Positions 48,157-58,273 are shown, numbered from the stretch's first letter. The stretch is 64,000 nucleotides of DNA from Cyanobacteria bacterium auto_48_18 (GCA_036170915.1 JAVHQC010000006.1:201987-265986), one strand, 5' to 3'. Notes: generated by a model from the letters alone, not told the origin. A program made the numbers and translations.

Positions 48157-48942
48157 ATGCTCATTGCAAGTTGGAATGTCAATTCCATAACGGTTAGATT
48201 GCCGCATGTTCTAGATTGGCTAAAAACTTCGTCGCCAGATCATCTATGTTTGCAAGAGCTTAAAAGTGTTGAAGAGAAGTTTCCTTTTGATCAATTTGCT
48301 GAATTAGGCTACAGCGCTCACGTTTCTGGAGAGAAAACTTACAACGGAGTGGCCATTCTTTCGCGCACAAGCACCGAGTGTACCAGCAAGCTTCTACCAG
48401 GGGCACCAGAGCCTTTGCAGAGCCGTCTAATTGAAATTCGCCAAGATGACCTCAAAATTCTCAATCTATATGTACCAAATGGTTCAGAGGTCGGTTCAAC
48501 AAAGTATCAATATAAGCTGGCATGGTTCAAGGCTTTGATCTCTTATATAGAAGAGCGGCACATGCAAAATGGAGTGCTTTCAGACAAGCTTGTAATCTGC
48601 GGCGATTTTAATATTGCACCTGAAGATCGCGATGTCCACGATCCGGCGGAATGGGCCGGACAAATTTTGTGCAGTGATAGCGAACGTGAGTGTTTCCGCC
48701 AGTTGATTGCACTCGGCATGATTGATAGCTTCAGAAAATTCGAACAAGGGGAAGGCCACTTCTCCTGGTGGGACTATCGCATGCTCGCATTTAGACGCAA
48801 GCGCGGCCTGCGCATTGATCACATACTGGTCTCAAAACCACTTGAGAGCGCCCTTAAAAGAGCGTGGATCGATATTGCTCCACGAAAGCTCGATAAGCCT
48901 TCAGACCACGCACCAGTGCTGGTCGAAATTGCAAATCAATAA
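48157..48942 (+). CDS. xth: Exodeoxyribonuclease III
   Basis: SWNVNS, LQELK, YNGVA, YVPNG, GDFNIAP, RIDH, SDHAPV. Confidence 0.96.
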   Translation: MLIASWNVNSITVRLPHVLDWLKTSSPDHLCLQELKSVEEKFPFDQFAELGYSAHVSGEKTYNGVAILSRTSTECTSKLLPGAPEPLQSRLIEIRQDDLKILNLYVPNGSEVGSTKYQYKLAWFKALISYIEERHMQNGVLSDKLVICGDFNIAPEDRDVHDPAEWAGQILCSDSERECFRQLIALGMIDSFRKFEQGEGHFSWWDYRMLAFRRKRGLRIDHILVSKPLESALKRAWIDIAPRKLDKPSDHAPVLVEIANQ

Positions 48943-48948
48943 AAGGCG

Positions 48949-50871
48949 TTATGCCTTTTCTTTGGCTGGCTTATCGTATTTGAAAAGAATGTCTTGTACA
49001 GCCATTTCTGATAAGCCAGGGAATTTGCCGTCAATAATCTGATCAGCTAATTTGCTGGCGGCTTTGTAATAGCTGTCGCTAGGACGCTCGCCTGTTAGTT
49101 TACGGCGCAGATCCTGGCAAAGTATATCGGCGGAGGCCTCTAACACAGCATTCTTTTCATTATGTGCCCAGAGAGCAGTAACCAGAATGATAATGGCATC
49201 CTGAGCCCTCTGCGACATTTCAGCAATGCGGCATTGTCTGTCTGCCAATTTAAGCTGGTGCTTCACCATCGCCTGGCTCAGCTCAAGCGGTGTATCAGAA
49301 AGAAATTCCAATGCGAAGTCTACATGCGCTTTCAATGCCGCATTCATTCCGGAAATTTCATGAGAATCGACACCTTCAAGTTGTTTGCCGACCCACCAGA
49401 ACGCATAAGGTACTAGTTCATTGCGCAGTGCAAAACCATGAAGGGGATTCATTGGGTTGAATTTTTTCAAACCGGCACGAGGAATAGCTTTGCCGATTGG
49501 CTCGAAGTATTGCACTCCATGCTGCTTTGCCAGCGATTTGAAGAAAGCCATACCGAGCATTTCGCCCTCACCCTCATAAATACATGGAGCGAGAAAATCG
49601 TGAATGTTATCGCCCAACAAATGTCCGGCCAAAAATGATCTGCCACCATGAGTTTTCATAAACAATTCAATGGCGCATTCTTTCTCCGCCTCGGACCCGA
49701 AAATTTTTGCGATTATGCATTCCAGTTCGCCGCGATAGCCTTGGTCCAGTAACCATGACCCCCAGGCTACCAGCGCGTCTGCACCGCAAATTAATGCAGC
49801 GGCTCTCGCGATTCGGCGCTTAACCAATTCGCGAGTTTCAATGGCGTTGCCGTAAGTGTCGCGGAACTTGGCCCAGGGCAACATATTGGCCAGCATGATT
49901 CGCATCACGCCGGACGCCGTAGCGCAGAGCGCCAAGCGACCCATGTTGAGCCCGTGATAGGCCACAGTCAAACCATCACCCAGCGTAGGCACCAGAAGGT
50001 TTTCTTTTGGCACTTTGAAATCTTTGAACTTTAAACCGTTGTTAAAAGCGTGTTTCAATGCGTGCAATTTATAGGGAATGATTTTGAATTCATCGTTCTC
50101 GGCTTCTGGTAAATCAGCTATTAGCGCAGCAGGCTTGCCATCAACTAAGCAAACAAGCCCAATAGTGCGGCCGGGAATAGCGTTAGTGATGAAAAGCTTA
50201 TCGCCGTTAACTACATAATTGTCGCCAACCAGTTTTGCTTCCGTTTTAAGTGCCGTTAAGTCTGAGCCTGCTTGCGGTTCTGTCAGAGCGAATGCAGAGA
50301 GCGATTTGCCACTGGCGAGCTTTGGCAAAATGCGTTGCTTTTGCTCTTCACTGCCAAAATAGCGCACCGGGTCCACTGCGCCGATACAACCGTGCACAGA
50401 AGCTAGACCAGCCGCGGTTGGCTCGATGGAAGCCACTTGAGTCAAGAAAGTCATGAACTGTCTGGAAGTAGCTCCCTGACCGCCATACTTCTGTTCAATC
50501 AACATGCCCCAATATCCAGCGGCCGCAAGTTCTTCCAAGACAACTTTGGCGATCTTGCCCTGATCGTCCAGCATGGTGCCATTTTTCTTGTGACGAGCCA
50601 AAACTTCAAGGGAGTTTTTCATGGCTGGCAGATTCATGGATTCGCTGTTCAGCTTAGGAGTAGAGAAAAGTTCGACCGGAACTTTTGCCTCCCAGATTGC
50701 TCGGTGAACCGGGCTGTTAGATGTCTTGTATTGTTCGGCGAAAAATGAATCTACTTCATCATCGGTACGATCAACCGCACCAGTACGCTTGGCTTCCTCT
50801 TCTGTCTTGCCTGCTAATTGCATAGCCGTTTCGGCAAAACTCGCATCTTTGGGATCTTTTACTGATGTCAT
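48949..50871 (-). CDS. Acyl-CoA dehydrogenase family protein
   Basis: AFALTEPQAGSD, GDKLFITN, LNMGR, HGGR, IYEGEGE. Confidence 0.92.
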   Translation of the reverse strand: MTSVKDPKDASFAETAMQLAGKTEEEAKRTGAVDRTDDEVDSFFAEQYKTSNSPVHRAIWEAKVPVELFSTPKLNSESMNLPAMKNSLEVLARHKKNGTMLDDQGKIAKVVLEELAAAGYWGMLIEQKYGGQGATSRQFMTFLTQVASIEPTAAGLASVHGCIGAVDPVRYFGSEEQKQRILPKLASGKSLSAFALTEPQAGSDLTALKTEAKLVGDNYVVNGDKLFITNAIPGRTIGLVCLVDGKPAALIADLPEAENDEFKIIPYKLHALKHAFNNGLKFKDFKVPKENLLVPTLGDGLTVAYHGLNMGRLALCATASGVMRIMLANMLPWAKFRDTYGNAIETRELVKRRIARAAALICGADALVAWGSWLLDQGYRGELECIIAKIFGSEAEKECAIELFMKTHGGRSFLAGHLLGDNIHDFLAPCIYEGEGEMLGMAFFKSLAKQHGVQYFEPIGKAIPRAGLKKFNPMNPLHGFALRNELVPYAFWWVGKQLEGVDSHEISGMNAALKAHVDFALEFLSDTPLELSQAMVKHQLKLADRQCRIAEMSQRAQDAIIILVTALWAHNEKNAVLEASADILCQDLRRKLTGERPSDSYYKAASKLADQIIDGKFPGLSEMAVQDILFKYDKPAKEKA

Positions 50872-51026
50872 GTCAATCGTTCCTATTCCGTCTGTGAACT
50901 GGTTAAAGCAAATGATAATTCACTTAGATTTTAGACCATAACAGGCCTGATCTGCCCAGAACACCTCTTTTGTTTAGGTTGTGTTCTTCTGGTTCCCGGG
51001 CCGGGTCAATATTAAAAGCGACTGCC

Positions 51027-52307
51027 CTAGGGCTTTGATGACTCAACTATGTTAATTGAAATCGGTTTAGCTGCATTGTCTGTGATTGTGACCGTCACTG
51101 GAGTGCCTCTTAAGACGGCCAGAAGCTCATTACCAGCCAGTCGACGCCTCCAACCAAAAGTGAGGGCATTTTGATCTGGTTCTCCCGGGGTTTGGTCAGC
51201 CCCGGGTTCAATTTCGGAGCTTGACCGATATCGCTCAGACTCTTCATTCTGCTCCCTGCCAATTTTAACTAACCCTTGCAGCTCATCACGTGTAGCTATT
51301 AACTCGGGGGCAATTTCAAGGTCTAAAGCGCGAATTTTTAGTACCGTGTACAACACATCAGCAATCATCACATCGGCTTTAGATGGTGCTCTGCCAGACG
51401 GCCACTGTGGACACTCCTTGTCGGGTATACGACTGGCTTCCTCAATCACCTTCATCACTTTGCGACCCCAGCCTGCCAGTTGATCAGATCGAATACCGCG
51501 GATACGCTGGATATCTTCCACTGTATGTGGTGGCTTCTTGGCGAGTTCCAACATGATGTTGTCGTTAATTACAGATCTTGCCGGGCGATCAATGCGTTTG
51601 GCTTCCGCTTCCCGCCAGAGGCATACTGATTGCAAGACTGCAAGTTTGCGCCGATTTAGACCCTGAGCACCCTTTACTCGCAGAAATTCGCGCCCGCTTT
51701 CCTTTATATAGTAAGAATCTTGCTCGTAGAATTTGCATTCTTCAATCACCCAACCCAATCGCTCTCTTTGCGAAAGGTCTTCTTGCAAGCGTTCGTAAAG
51801 TGGAATCAAATGCAAAGCGTCGTCAATAGCATATTCAACTTGAGATTGGCTTAGAGGGCGGGCTTGCCAATCGGTAAATGATTCAGTTTTTGATAGGTTG
51901 AGGTCAAAAAGCGCTGAGAGCAGTTTTCCATAACCAGCTGGATAGCCAAGTCCAAGAAATCCTGCAGCTATTTGAGTGTCGAAAATATTTTTTGGTATCA
52001 ATCCGGAACGCTGGAAAATTATGGTCAAGTCTTGGGCTGCTGCGTGTAAAACCTTAGTGATGCTGGCATCTGCTACTTTGATCCACAAATTTTGCAAATC
52101 TTTAAGTTCAATTGGGTCTACCAAAAAAACTTTGTCTTTGACGGCAATCTGCACAAGGCAAATAATTGGATAATACGTTCTCTCAGGAATGAATTCTAAG
52201 TCGAGGCCAAATACCCCCGCCTTGTCAATCAGGTCAACCACCTCTTGTAGCTCAGCCGGATCAGTTATTAACTTTCCCTGGCCATTGTGCGCTGACTGAA
52301 TTTCCAT
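51027..52307 (-). CDS. rnd: Ribonuclease D
   Basis: GLDLEFIPERTYYP, LHAAAQD, FDTQIAA, DWQARPL..Q.EYA.DD, HRDC-like region. Confidence 0.93.
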   Translation of the reverse strand: MEIQSAHNGQGKLITDPAELQEVVDLIDKAGVFGLDLEFIPERTYYPIICLVQIAVKDKVFLVDPIELKDLQNLWIKVADASITKVLHAAAQDLTIIFQRSGLIPKNIFDTQIAAGFLGLGYPAGYGKLLSALFDLNLSKTESFTDWQARPLSQSQVEYAIDDALHLIPLYERLQEDLSQRERLGWVIEECKFYEQDSYYIKESGREFLRVKGAQGLNRRKLAVLQSVCLWREAEAKRIDRPARSVINDNIMLELAKKPPHTVEDIQRIRGIRSDQLAGWGRKVMKVIEEASRIPDKECPQWPSGRAPSKADVMIADVLYTVLKIRALDLEIAPELIATRDELQGLVKIGREQNEESERYRSSSEIEPGADQTPGEPDQNALTFGWRRRLAGNELLAVLRGTPVTVTITDNAAKPISINIVESSKP

Positions 52308-52309
52308 TT

Positions 52310-53179
52310 TTAGCTGTCCTTTCTTTCGGTTGCCACAGGTGCAACCAGATGATTGCGGCACCAGGCGAGCGACCCTGGTAAGCCCATGATTATGCTGGTG
52401 TCATGCACCACCTGCGGTAAAGGGAAAAGCAGATGATCGCAATCCAATCCACCTACTTCCAGTCCTGCACCCAGAGCTATAGCCGCAGGACCCGCAGTAT
52501 CCCATGTTTTCAATTTGCAAGAAAGATGAGCGAAGATGTCTGCTTCACCGTCTAAAATGCGGGCGACCTTGAGACCAATGCTGCCTATTTTGACTAAATC
52601 TACCAGCGCCAATTCGCCTATCCATGAGTGCTTTTTGCGATCTCGTGAACCCATAAGCAAACGTGCCTTGCTTAGCGGATCGATCTTTGTATCTGACAGA
52701 CACGTGATGGCATCAGATTGCGATCCGAGCTTGCGTTTAAAAGCACCATATTCAGGGCCACCAAAATAAAGTGTAGAAGTATGTGGTTCATAAACCCATC
52801 CAAAAACTGGTTGCAGGTCAACGATTAGACCAATCATCACGCAGTATTGGCCATCATCCAAAATATAGTTTTGGGTACCGTCAATGGGATCAATCATCCA
52901 AACCCTGGTGCGTGTGCCAAGTGGTTCGGCGCCTCGCGAAATATGAAGAGCTTGGTCGTCTTCTTCAGAGACCACACAATCATCTGGAAAACGTTGCTTT
53001 AGATGTGTAGTGATCAGAATTGACAGAGCGGTATCGGCGCCGGTGACCTTGTCGTCAAAACTAGCTTTATGCGAAATGTCCACTCCGTCTCGCATTGCCA
53101 GCGCAAGTTCGCCTGCTTCCTCCACCAGCTTTGAGACTGATTCAATATCTTCTGATGAGAGATGTCTGGAAGATGCCAA
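52310..53179 (-). CDS. Inositol monophosphatase / CysQ family phosphatase
   Basis: VTGAD, SEE, WMIDPIDGT, WDTAG. Confidence 0.9.
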   Translation of the reverse strand: MASSRHLSSEDIESVSKLVEEAGELALAMRDGVDISHKASFDDKVTGADTALSILITTHLKQRFPDDCVVSEEDDQALHISRGAEPLGTRTRVWMIDPIDGTQNYILDDGQYCVMIGLIVDLQPVFGWVYEPHTSTLYFGGPEYGAFKRKLGSQSDAITCLSDTKIDPLSKARLLMGSRDRKKHSWIGELALVDLVKIGSIGLKVARILDGEADIFAHLSCKLKTWDTAGPAAIALGAGLEVGGLDCDHLLFPLPQVVHDTSIIMGLPGSLAWCRNHLVAPVATERKDS

Positions 53180-53193
53180 CTATAAGTATTGCC

Positions 53194-53649
53194 TTAACCC
53201 GAATACATTTTGCAGCCGAACTCTTCGGCTAATTTATTGTCGAGCAAATCGGCTACGTATGCCACGTGCCAAACCAAATCATCCAGTTCTTCTTGTACTA
53301 GACCGAACGTAGGTCTTTGAGCAACTACCAGCACCAGTTCTTCATGAGTAGAAAGTGCGCAGCTAGAAAGTGTGCCGTTGAGGTCAAGTAATCGGCGGTA
53401 GAATAACTCGCGATTTTCTGCTGGAATTTGAACCAGCGGTGCCGTAAGCCTCAAGATAGCGCCTTGCGGACCGTCCTGCACAAATACAAATATCTTGGCG
53501 CTGCCTTCCATTAGCCACCAACCCAGCCCACTGGCATCTGTCAGCATATGGTCAGCTGGATGGAGCCCACGTCTTTGAAAATAGGCTTCAACCATCACTT
53601 TCGCCTCAGACGCAAGACCGTGGCTTTTCTGCGCTCCAAAAATTCCCAT
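53194..53649 (-). CDS. YbjN/CesT-like (T3SS-chaperone fold) protein
   Basis: WWLMEGSAKIFV, FYRRLLDLN, AYVADLLDNKLAEEFG; first codon TTG after GGAG. Confidence 0.7.
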   Translation of the reverse strand: MGIFGAQKSHGLASEAKVMVEAYFQRRGLHPADHMLTDASGLGWWLMEGSAKIFVFVQDGPQGAILRLTAPLVQIPAENRELFYRRLLDLNGTLSSCALSTHEELVLVVAQRPTFGLVQEELDDLVWHVAYVADLLDNKLAEEFGCKMYSG

Positions 53650-53864
53650 CTATTTCTCTCCGTGTCTTGCCCAGGGCAAGTTTCTCAGTTTGTTGCGAGA
53701 TTTGATTTTAGTATTAAGGCACTCAGTATACAAAATAGTGCCTTTCCTCAGCATTATTAAATGCGCTTAATCTCAAAACATTCTGCACTCGTGGCCACGT
53801 CACTGGGTTGAATTCAAAAGCCATGCTAGTATTGTTATCGCGAAGCCAAGCTTCGTCGTCGCGT

Positions 53865-53936
53865 TCCCGAGTAGCGCAGCGGTAGCGCAGTTGACTGTTA
53901 ATCAATTGGTCGCTGGTTCGAATCCAGCCTCGGGAG
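53865..53936 (+). tRNA. tRNA-Asn(GTT), CCA not encoded
   Basis: Acceptor TCCCGAG/CTCGGGA, anticodon arm GTTGA-CTGTTAA-TCAAT, T-loop GGTTCGAATCC, discriminator G followed by TAAT. Confidence 0.97.
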
Positions 53937-53943
53937 TAATTAC

Positions 53944-53977
53944 AAAAGCGGCCCTTTCCAGGGCCGCTTTTATTTTT
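53944..53977 (+). terminator. Bidirectional Rho-independent terminator after the tRNA
   Basis: AAAAGCGGCCCT-TTCC-AGGGCCGCTTTT-ATTTTT. Confidence 0.88.
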
Positions 53978-54065
53978 GATTTTAATTATGCTGGCGTAAA
54001 GCCGCCACTGCGAGACATCATATACGACACCATGGGAGTCGATCAGCTATCAAAATTACAGCGGC

Positions 54066-54197
54066 TTATTTCTCGGCAGCAGACGCAGCTTTCTTGTCTT
54101 TCAGAACTTTGAGAGCTTTGGCAAGCTTGATAATGATTACCGGCATAATGATTATGCCAGCAAACACAATGCCCATCGGAACGAAATTTTCATCCAT
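54066..54197 (-). CDS. 43-aa single-TM small protein (not in ORF track)
   Basis: AAGGAG RBS; MDENFVPMGIVFAGIIIMPVIIIKLAKALKVLKDKKAASAAEK*. Confidence 0.7.
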   Translation of the reverse strand: MDENFVPMGIVFAGIIIMPVIIIKLAKALKVLKDKKAASAAEK

Positions 54198-54484
54198 GTC
54201 GTACTCCTTAGTTTTTGGCGCTTAGTTGGAATGGAATTTGAAACCAACCAAGTGACTTCAGACTCATTATAGTATTGCCCCGGCGATCACATGAAGTAAA
54301 TCATTCCTTTGTAAGAACTGAAAGTTGTCAAACATAAGTCTCCGGGGCAAACCGTGAGCTAACTTCTATACCAGTGACGCAGAAATTGAGGAAAGTTTCC
54401 AATTTAAAAGTCTGACCGATATCGCCGAAACATTCAAAATTGACCCAGAACGACTCGCAAAACCAGGTCGCAAAACCACCAAAC

Positions 54485-56704
54485 TCAGTCAGGAAGGGTC
54501 TCTTTCCAGAATTTCTCATTGCAGGGCTCAAAAGAATCTACACGCCAGGCATGATCTTCTGAGACCATTTTTGCCAAGTAAATTTCTGATTTATCAAAAA
54601 GATACTTTCCGTTTAAATAGAAAGTTAAAGAAGAGGGAGTGACTTCACCAACCTTAAAGGCCGACGGCTCAATGGAATCGGGTTTGAATCCAGCTTTAAA
54701 GACGGGATCTTTGCCGTATTTTTCTTTAAATCGGTCAGCATCTTCTCGCTTTTTGGCGTTCACGCTCAAGCAGTTATAAGCCAACTGAAGAGTTATGCTG
54801 TTTGGTACCCGCGACTGGGCTAGCTGTTTTAGAAACTCTTCCAATACCAGCCGGGCCGGCGTAATCTGCGCGTCGTTGCGTTCTTGAAAGTCCCCTTCAT
54901 CAATCGATATTGAATTATTGGGACCTTTATGTCCACTAATACGCCACACGGCTCCCGGTTTTTGGTCTGAACGATCTTGCTGGCCAAAATGATTTTCAAT
55001 ATTGAATTGCTCAAGCATCACTTTGATCGGCGCTGCATCTTTCGAATTTTTCACTAATTTAGCGGGCTTAAGGTACATAATGCCAGGCAAATCCTGACCA
55101 GTTTCAGTGTCTCTGGTGGCAGGACGCAAGTAATAAATTGGTCCTTCATAGACTTTGGTTAGCGAAAAGGGATTGTCGTTGCCCATTCGGTTGGCAGCCA
55201 CCACAACGCCGGTTATTACCGCCGGCACAACCACAAGACCGAACACAGCCAGCATCACTTTCTTGTTGATGTATTTGGCCCAGTCAATATTAAGCAGGGC
55301 CTTATTCTTTTTTTTGTCGATGGGCGCAGGTTTGCGAACGCCGGTTTGTCGACCAGTGGCGCGCCCCGTAGAGCGACCTGTTTCCCTGCCCTGTCGTCCG
55401 GTTTCGCGGCCGGTTTCTCTACCGGTCTGGCGTCCAGTTTGCTTGGCACCGTCGCCGCTGCTTGAGCCAGTTTTTCTGTTTTTAGTATTGTTGGTTTTCT
55501 TTTGTGAGTCGGGCCCCGAAATATATGGACCAGTGCTCTTCTCTCGAGAGCGCTCAGATGAATAAGTTGACGATGGTTCATTGCCAAACAAGCCGCCTGA
55601 AAGATCAAAATCTTCCACCTCACCTGGCCGACTCTCAATATGTGGATTAGTGCTGAAGCCCATAGAAGGCGGCGCGCTGATTAAGCTGGGCACGCTGCCT
55701 GTTTCGTACTGAGTACGCACGCACTGATCTAAAGCGTCACGCATCTCTTGCATAGTCTGGTAACGCTGCTCAGGTTTTTTCGCCAGGGCTTTGAAGGTAA
55801 CGCGCTCGAGCTGCTCTGGTATGCGTAGGTCAGGTCGCATTTTACTAAAGGGCTCGGGCATTTGCGAGACGTGCATTTTCATGGTGGCGTATATGGTGTC
55901 GCCCATTAACGGTGGAAAACCAGTCAAGGTCTCGTATAAAACCGCACCCATAGAATAAATATCAGAGCGACTATCAAGGTTTAAACCAAGGCACTGCTCA
56001 GGGCTCATATAAATCGGGCTGCCGAAAATTTCACCAGTTTGAGTGAGATTCTGTGGTGTTTTACCTGATGCTGTGGTCAACTTGGCGATACCAAAATCCA
56101 CCACTTTGACGAAGTCGCGTCTACCTTCGACTTCCACGAGCATAATGTTGGACGACTTCAAGTCGCGGTGAATCACACCCTTCTGGTGGGCGTGTTCCAG
56201 CGCTTCTGTTGCCGAAATGAAAATTGGAATAGCTCGTTGATAAGCAATATAGTTTTCTTGTTTGACTACGTCTGCAAGACTCTGGCCTTCCAGAAAGTCC
56301 ATCACAATATAGGGTTGGCCAGTGGCCACCACACCGCAATCGTAGACCGTAATTACGTGCGGGTGCTGCAAATGTGATGCCGCTTGAGCTTCCTGTTGAA
56401 AACGTTTAATGCTTAGTTGATCTGTGACGTGTTGAGTCTGCAGCATTTTGATGGCCACAGTGCGGTCCATCATTTCGTGCAGACCTTTATAAACAATACT
56501 CATGCCGCCCCGGCCGACTTCGGAAAGCACACGGTAGCGGTCATTGAGAATGGTGCCGATTAGCTCGTCTTTCTGCACATACATGAGCATGCTTTTGTCA
56601 TGTGGACAGACGGCCTGAGCCGGCGGAAACTCGCGCTTGCAAACAGGGCAGACTTTCCTTTTAGCGGGCTGATTGAAATCTTGGTTTGGATCTTCGAAAG
56701 TCAT
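54485..56704 (-). CDS. Transmembrane Hanks-type Ser/Thr kinase with N-terminal zinc ribbon
   Basis: CPVC..CPHD; VGRGGMSIVY, HRDLKSSN, DFG, GSPIYMSPE; TM VMLAVFGLVVVPAVITGVVVAA. Confidence 0.95.
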   Translation of the reverse strand: MTFEDPNQDFNQPAKRKVCPVCKREFPPAQAVCPHDKSMLMYVQKDELIGTILNDRYRVLSEVGRGGMSIVYKGLHEMMDRTVAIKMLQTQHVTDQLSIKRFQQEAQAASHLQHPHVITVYDCGVVATGQPYIVMDFLEGQSLADVVKQENYIAYQRAIPIFISATEALEHAHQKGVIHRDLKSSNIMLVEVEGRRDFVKVVDFGIAKLTTASGKTPQNLTQTGEIFGSPIYMSPEQCLGLNLDSRSDIYSMGAVLYETLTGFPPLMGDTIYATMKMHVSQMPEPFSKMRPDLRIPEQLERVTFKALAKKPEQRYQTMQEMRDALDQCVRTQYETGSVPSLISAPPSMGFSTNPHIESRPGEVEDFDLSGGLFGNEPSSTYSSERSREKSTGPYISGPDSQKKTNNTKNRKTGSSSGDGAKQTGRQTGRETGRETGRQGRETGRSTGRATGRQTGVRKPAPIDKKKNKALLNIDWAKYINKKVMLAVFGLVVVPAVITGVVVAANRMGNDNPFSLTKVYEGPIYYLRPATRDTETGQDLPGIMYLKPAKLVKNSKDAAPIKVMLEQFNIENHFGQQDRSDQKPGAVWRISGHKGPNNSISIDEGDFQERNDAQITPARLVLEEFLKQLAQSRVPNSITLQLAYNCLSVNAKKREDADRFKEKYGKDPVFKAGFKPDSIEPSAFKVGEVTPSSLTFYLNGKYLFDKSEIYLAKMVSEDHAWRVDSFEPCNEKFWKETLPD
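55338..55443 (-). repeat. About eight 12-bp coding repeats (x-T-G-R)
   Basis: QTGRQTGRETGRETGRQGRETGRSTGRATGRQTGV. Confidence 0.85.
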
Positions 56705-56790
56705 TTCATAGGAGAACTGTGCGGCAGATTATCGGACTAGATTAAGTTACTCAAGCCAATAATAGCAAGGAAGAAACTATCAATGGCGTT

Positions 56791-58191
56791 CTAAACCGCT
56801 GTGGCAACTTTCAAATCCGCTTTAAGGGCCTCGGCTACAAGGCGTCCTGAACGCAAGGCGCCGTTAATTGAGGCATTTTCACGGTGATCACCGCAAACAT
56901 AGATATTGTTGCCTTCGGCATTGCCACCCTCAGCTGGTAGCTTAAGTGGCCGCGAGGCAGGCTCTAACCAGGGTGGGCACTGATTAGGCTGGGCGTGAGC
57001 AATACGATAACTTTTCAAATGGCGCCACTGCTCAACCTCAGTGCCAAACCATACTTGCATCTGTGCCTTAACAGCGCCAATTAATTCGGCCTCGGCCGTT
57101 CCCTCAAGTGGCGCCATTGTTGGGTCGCCTGCCTGCTTCGCTTCTGTAGCGTCGCCGCTAGCGGGACCCCCCACCGTAGTAACTGATATTAAATGTTGCC
57201 CTGGTGGTCCGTAGGCTTTGGACACATTGGTAAGCACTGCCAGGTTATTGATCGGGCCGCCTGTTCCGTTCAGCACCAATAGCGGCTCTTTGATGGGAGC
57301 ACGGGGTGCGGCAAAGTAAAGGCAGGTGGCCATTTGCGATGAGGGCAGTGGTACCTGGGGAAAGAGTCGGTGAGCATCTGGTCCACTGGTGGCCAGAACG
57401 ATAGAGCGGGCCTGAAAGGTGAGGCCGCTAGCCAGCACAACCTGTGACCTGGCCACGTCAATGCTGCTCACGCGGCTGGAAAGCCGAATGGCATGCGGTG
57501 GCAATTTTGCCGCCAGTTGATTCGGTATTTCGCTCATGCCCCGGGCGGGCACCGTCACCAGCCCTTCGGCCATCATCTTATATACAAAGTCAAACATGCG
57601 CCGGGAACCCGACAGAGTATTGTCAAGGGTGATGCCGCCAAAGAATGGACGGAAAAATCGATGGATGATGGTGGCACTGAAACCATAATCTTCTTGCAGC
57701 GCCTGCAAAATAGTTTTATCGCTCTGAGAAAAAATTTCTTCCACTGTGGTGGCCATTAATTTCTGGCGCAGATAGGCAATACGCATCTTGTCAGATATGG
57801 AAGAGATATTAGAGAAGACAGCAGCGAGCAAAGTCGAAGGATCTCTAAATGGATCACTCAAACGTGTGAAACCATCCTCGGTGGCAACTAACGCCCCTGC
57901 ATAGAATGGTTTGAGGTCCAATGAGCGGTAATCCAGAACGCGAGCCGCTTCCGGATAAGCCGTGAGGAAAACCTGAAAACCGCGGTCTAGTGTAAAACCG
58001 TCCACATGATCACTGCGTACTCGGCCTCCGACACCATCAGAAGCTTCGAGAATCAAAAACGAAAAACCATTTTGCGTCAGTTCAGCGGCACAACTGAGGC
58101 CAGCCAGGCCGGCGCCAATAATAATGGTGTCGTAGATTTTGCCGCTGTTTTTGTGGGCAACTTCTTGAGCTTTTTCGTCCACCTTACACAC
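56791..58191 (-). CDS. FAD-dependent amine-oxidase-family oxidoreductase
   Basis: IIGAGLAGL, EASDGVGGR, DRGFQV..TAYP, CGDH..SINGALRSG. Confidence 0.9.
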   Translation of the reverse strand: MCKVDEKAQEVAHKNSGKIYDTIIIGAGLAGLSCAAELTQNGFSFLILEASDGVGGRVRSDHVDGFTLDRGFQVFLTAYPEAARVLDYRSLDLKPFYAGALVATEDGFTRLSDPFRDPSTLLAAVFSNISSISDKMRIAYLRQKLMATTVEEIFSQSDKTILQALQEDYGFSATIIHRFFRPFFGGITLDNTLSGSRRMFDFVYKMMAEGLVTVPARGMSEIPNQLAAKLPPHAIRLSSRVSSIDVARSQVVLASGLTFQARSIVLATSGPDAHRLFPQVPLPSSQMATCLYFAAPRAPIKEPLLVLNGTGGPINNLAVLTNVSKAYGPPGQHLISVTTVGGPASGDATEAKQAGDPTMAPLEGTAEAELIGAVKAQMQVWFGTEVEQWRHLKSYRIAHAQPNQCPPWLEPASRPLKLPAEGGNAEGNNIYVCGDHRENASINGALRSGRLVAEALKADLKVATAV

Positions 58192-58203
58192 TCCTACTTA
58201 TCG

Positions 58204-58273
58204 AATAGCTCAGGCTTCTAGACCAGCTCGGACTTATACACCAGCTCGGACTTTTACACTAGCTCTCAGCTTA
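58204..58273. repeat. Four degenerate 18-bp intergenic tandem repeats
   Basis: aatagctcaggcttctag / accagctcggacttatac / accagctcggacttttac / actagctctcagctta. Confidence 0.75.

Noticed and set aside
53865..54484. tRNA as a possible island integration site
   Set aside because: No integrase or duplicated tRNA 3' end seen in the window
58204..58273. Possible mini-CRISPR
   Set aside because: Contiguous 18-bp units without spacers; no cas genes
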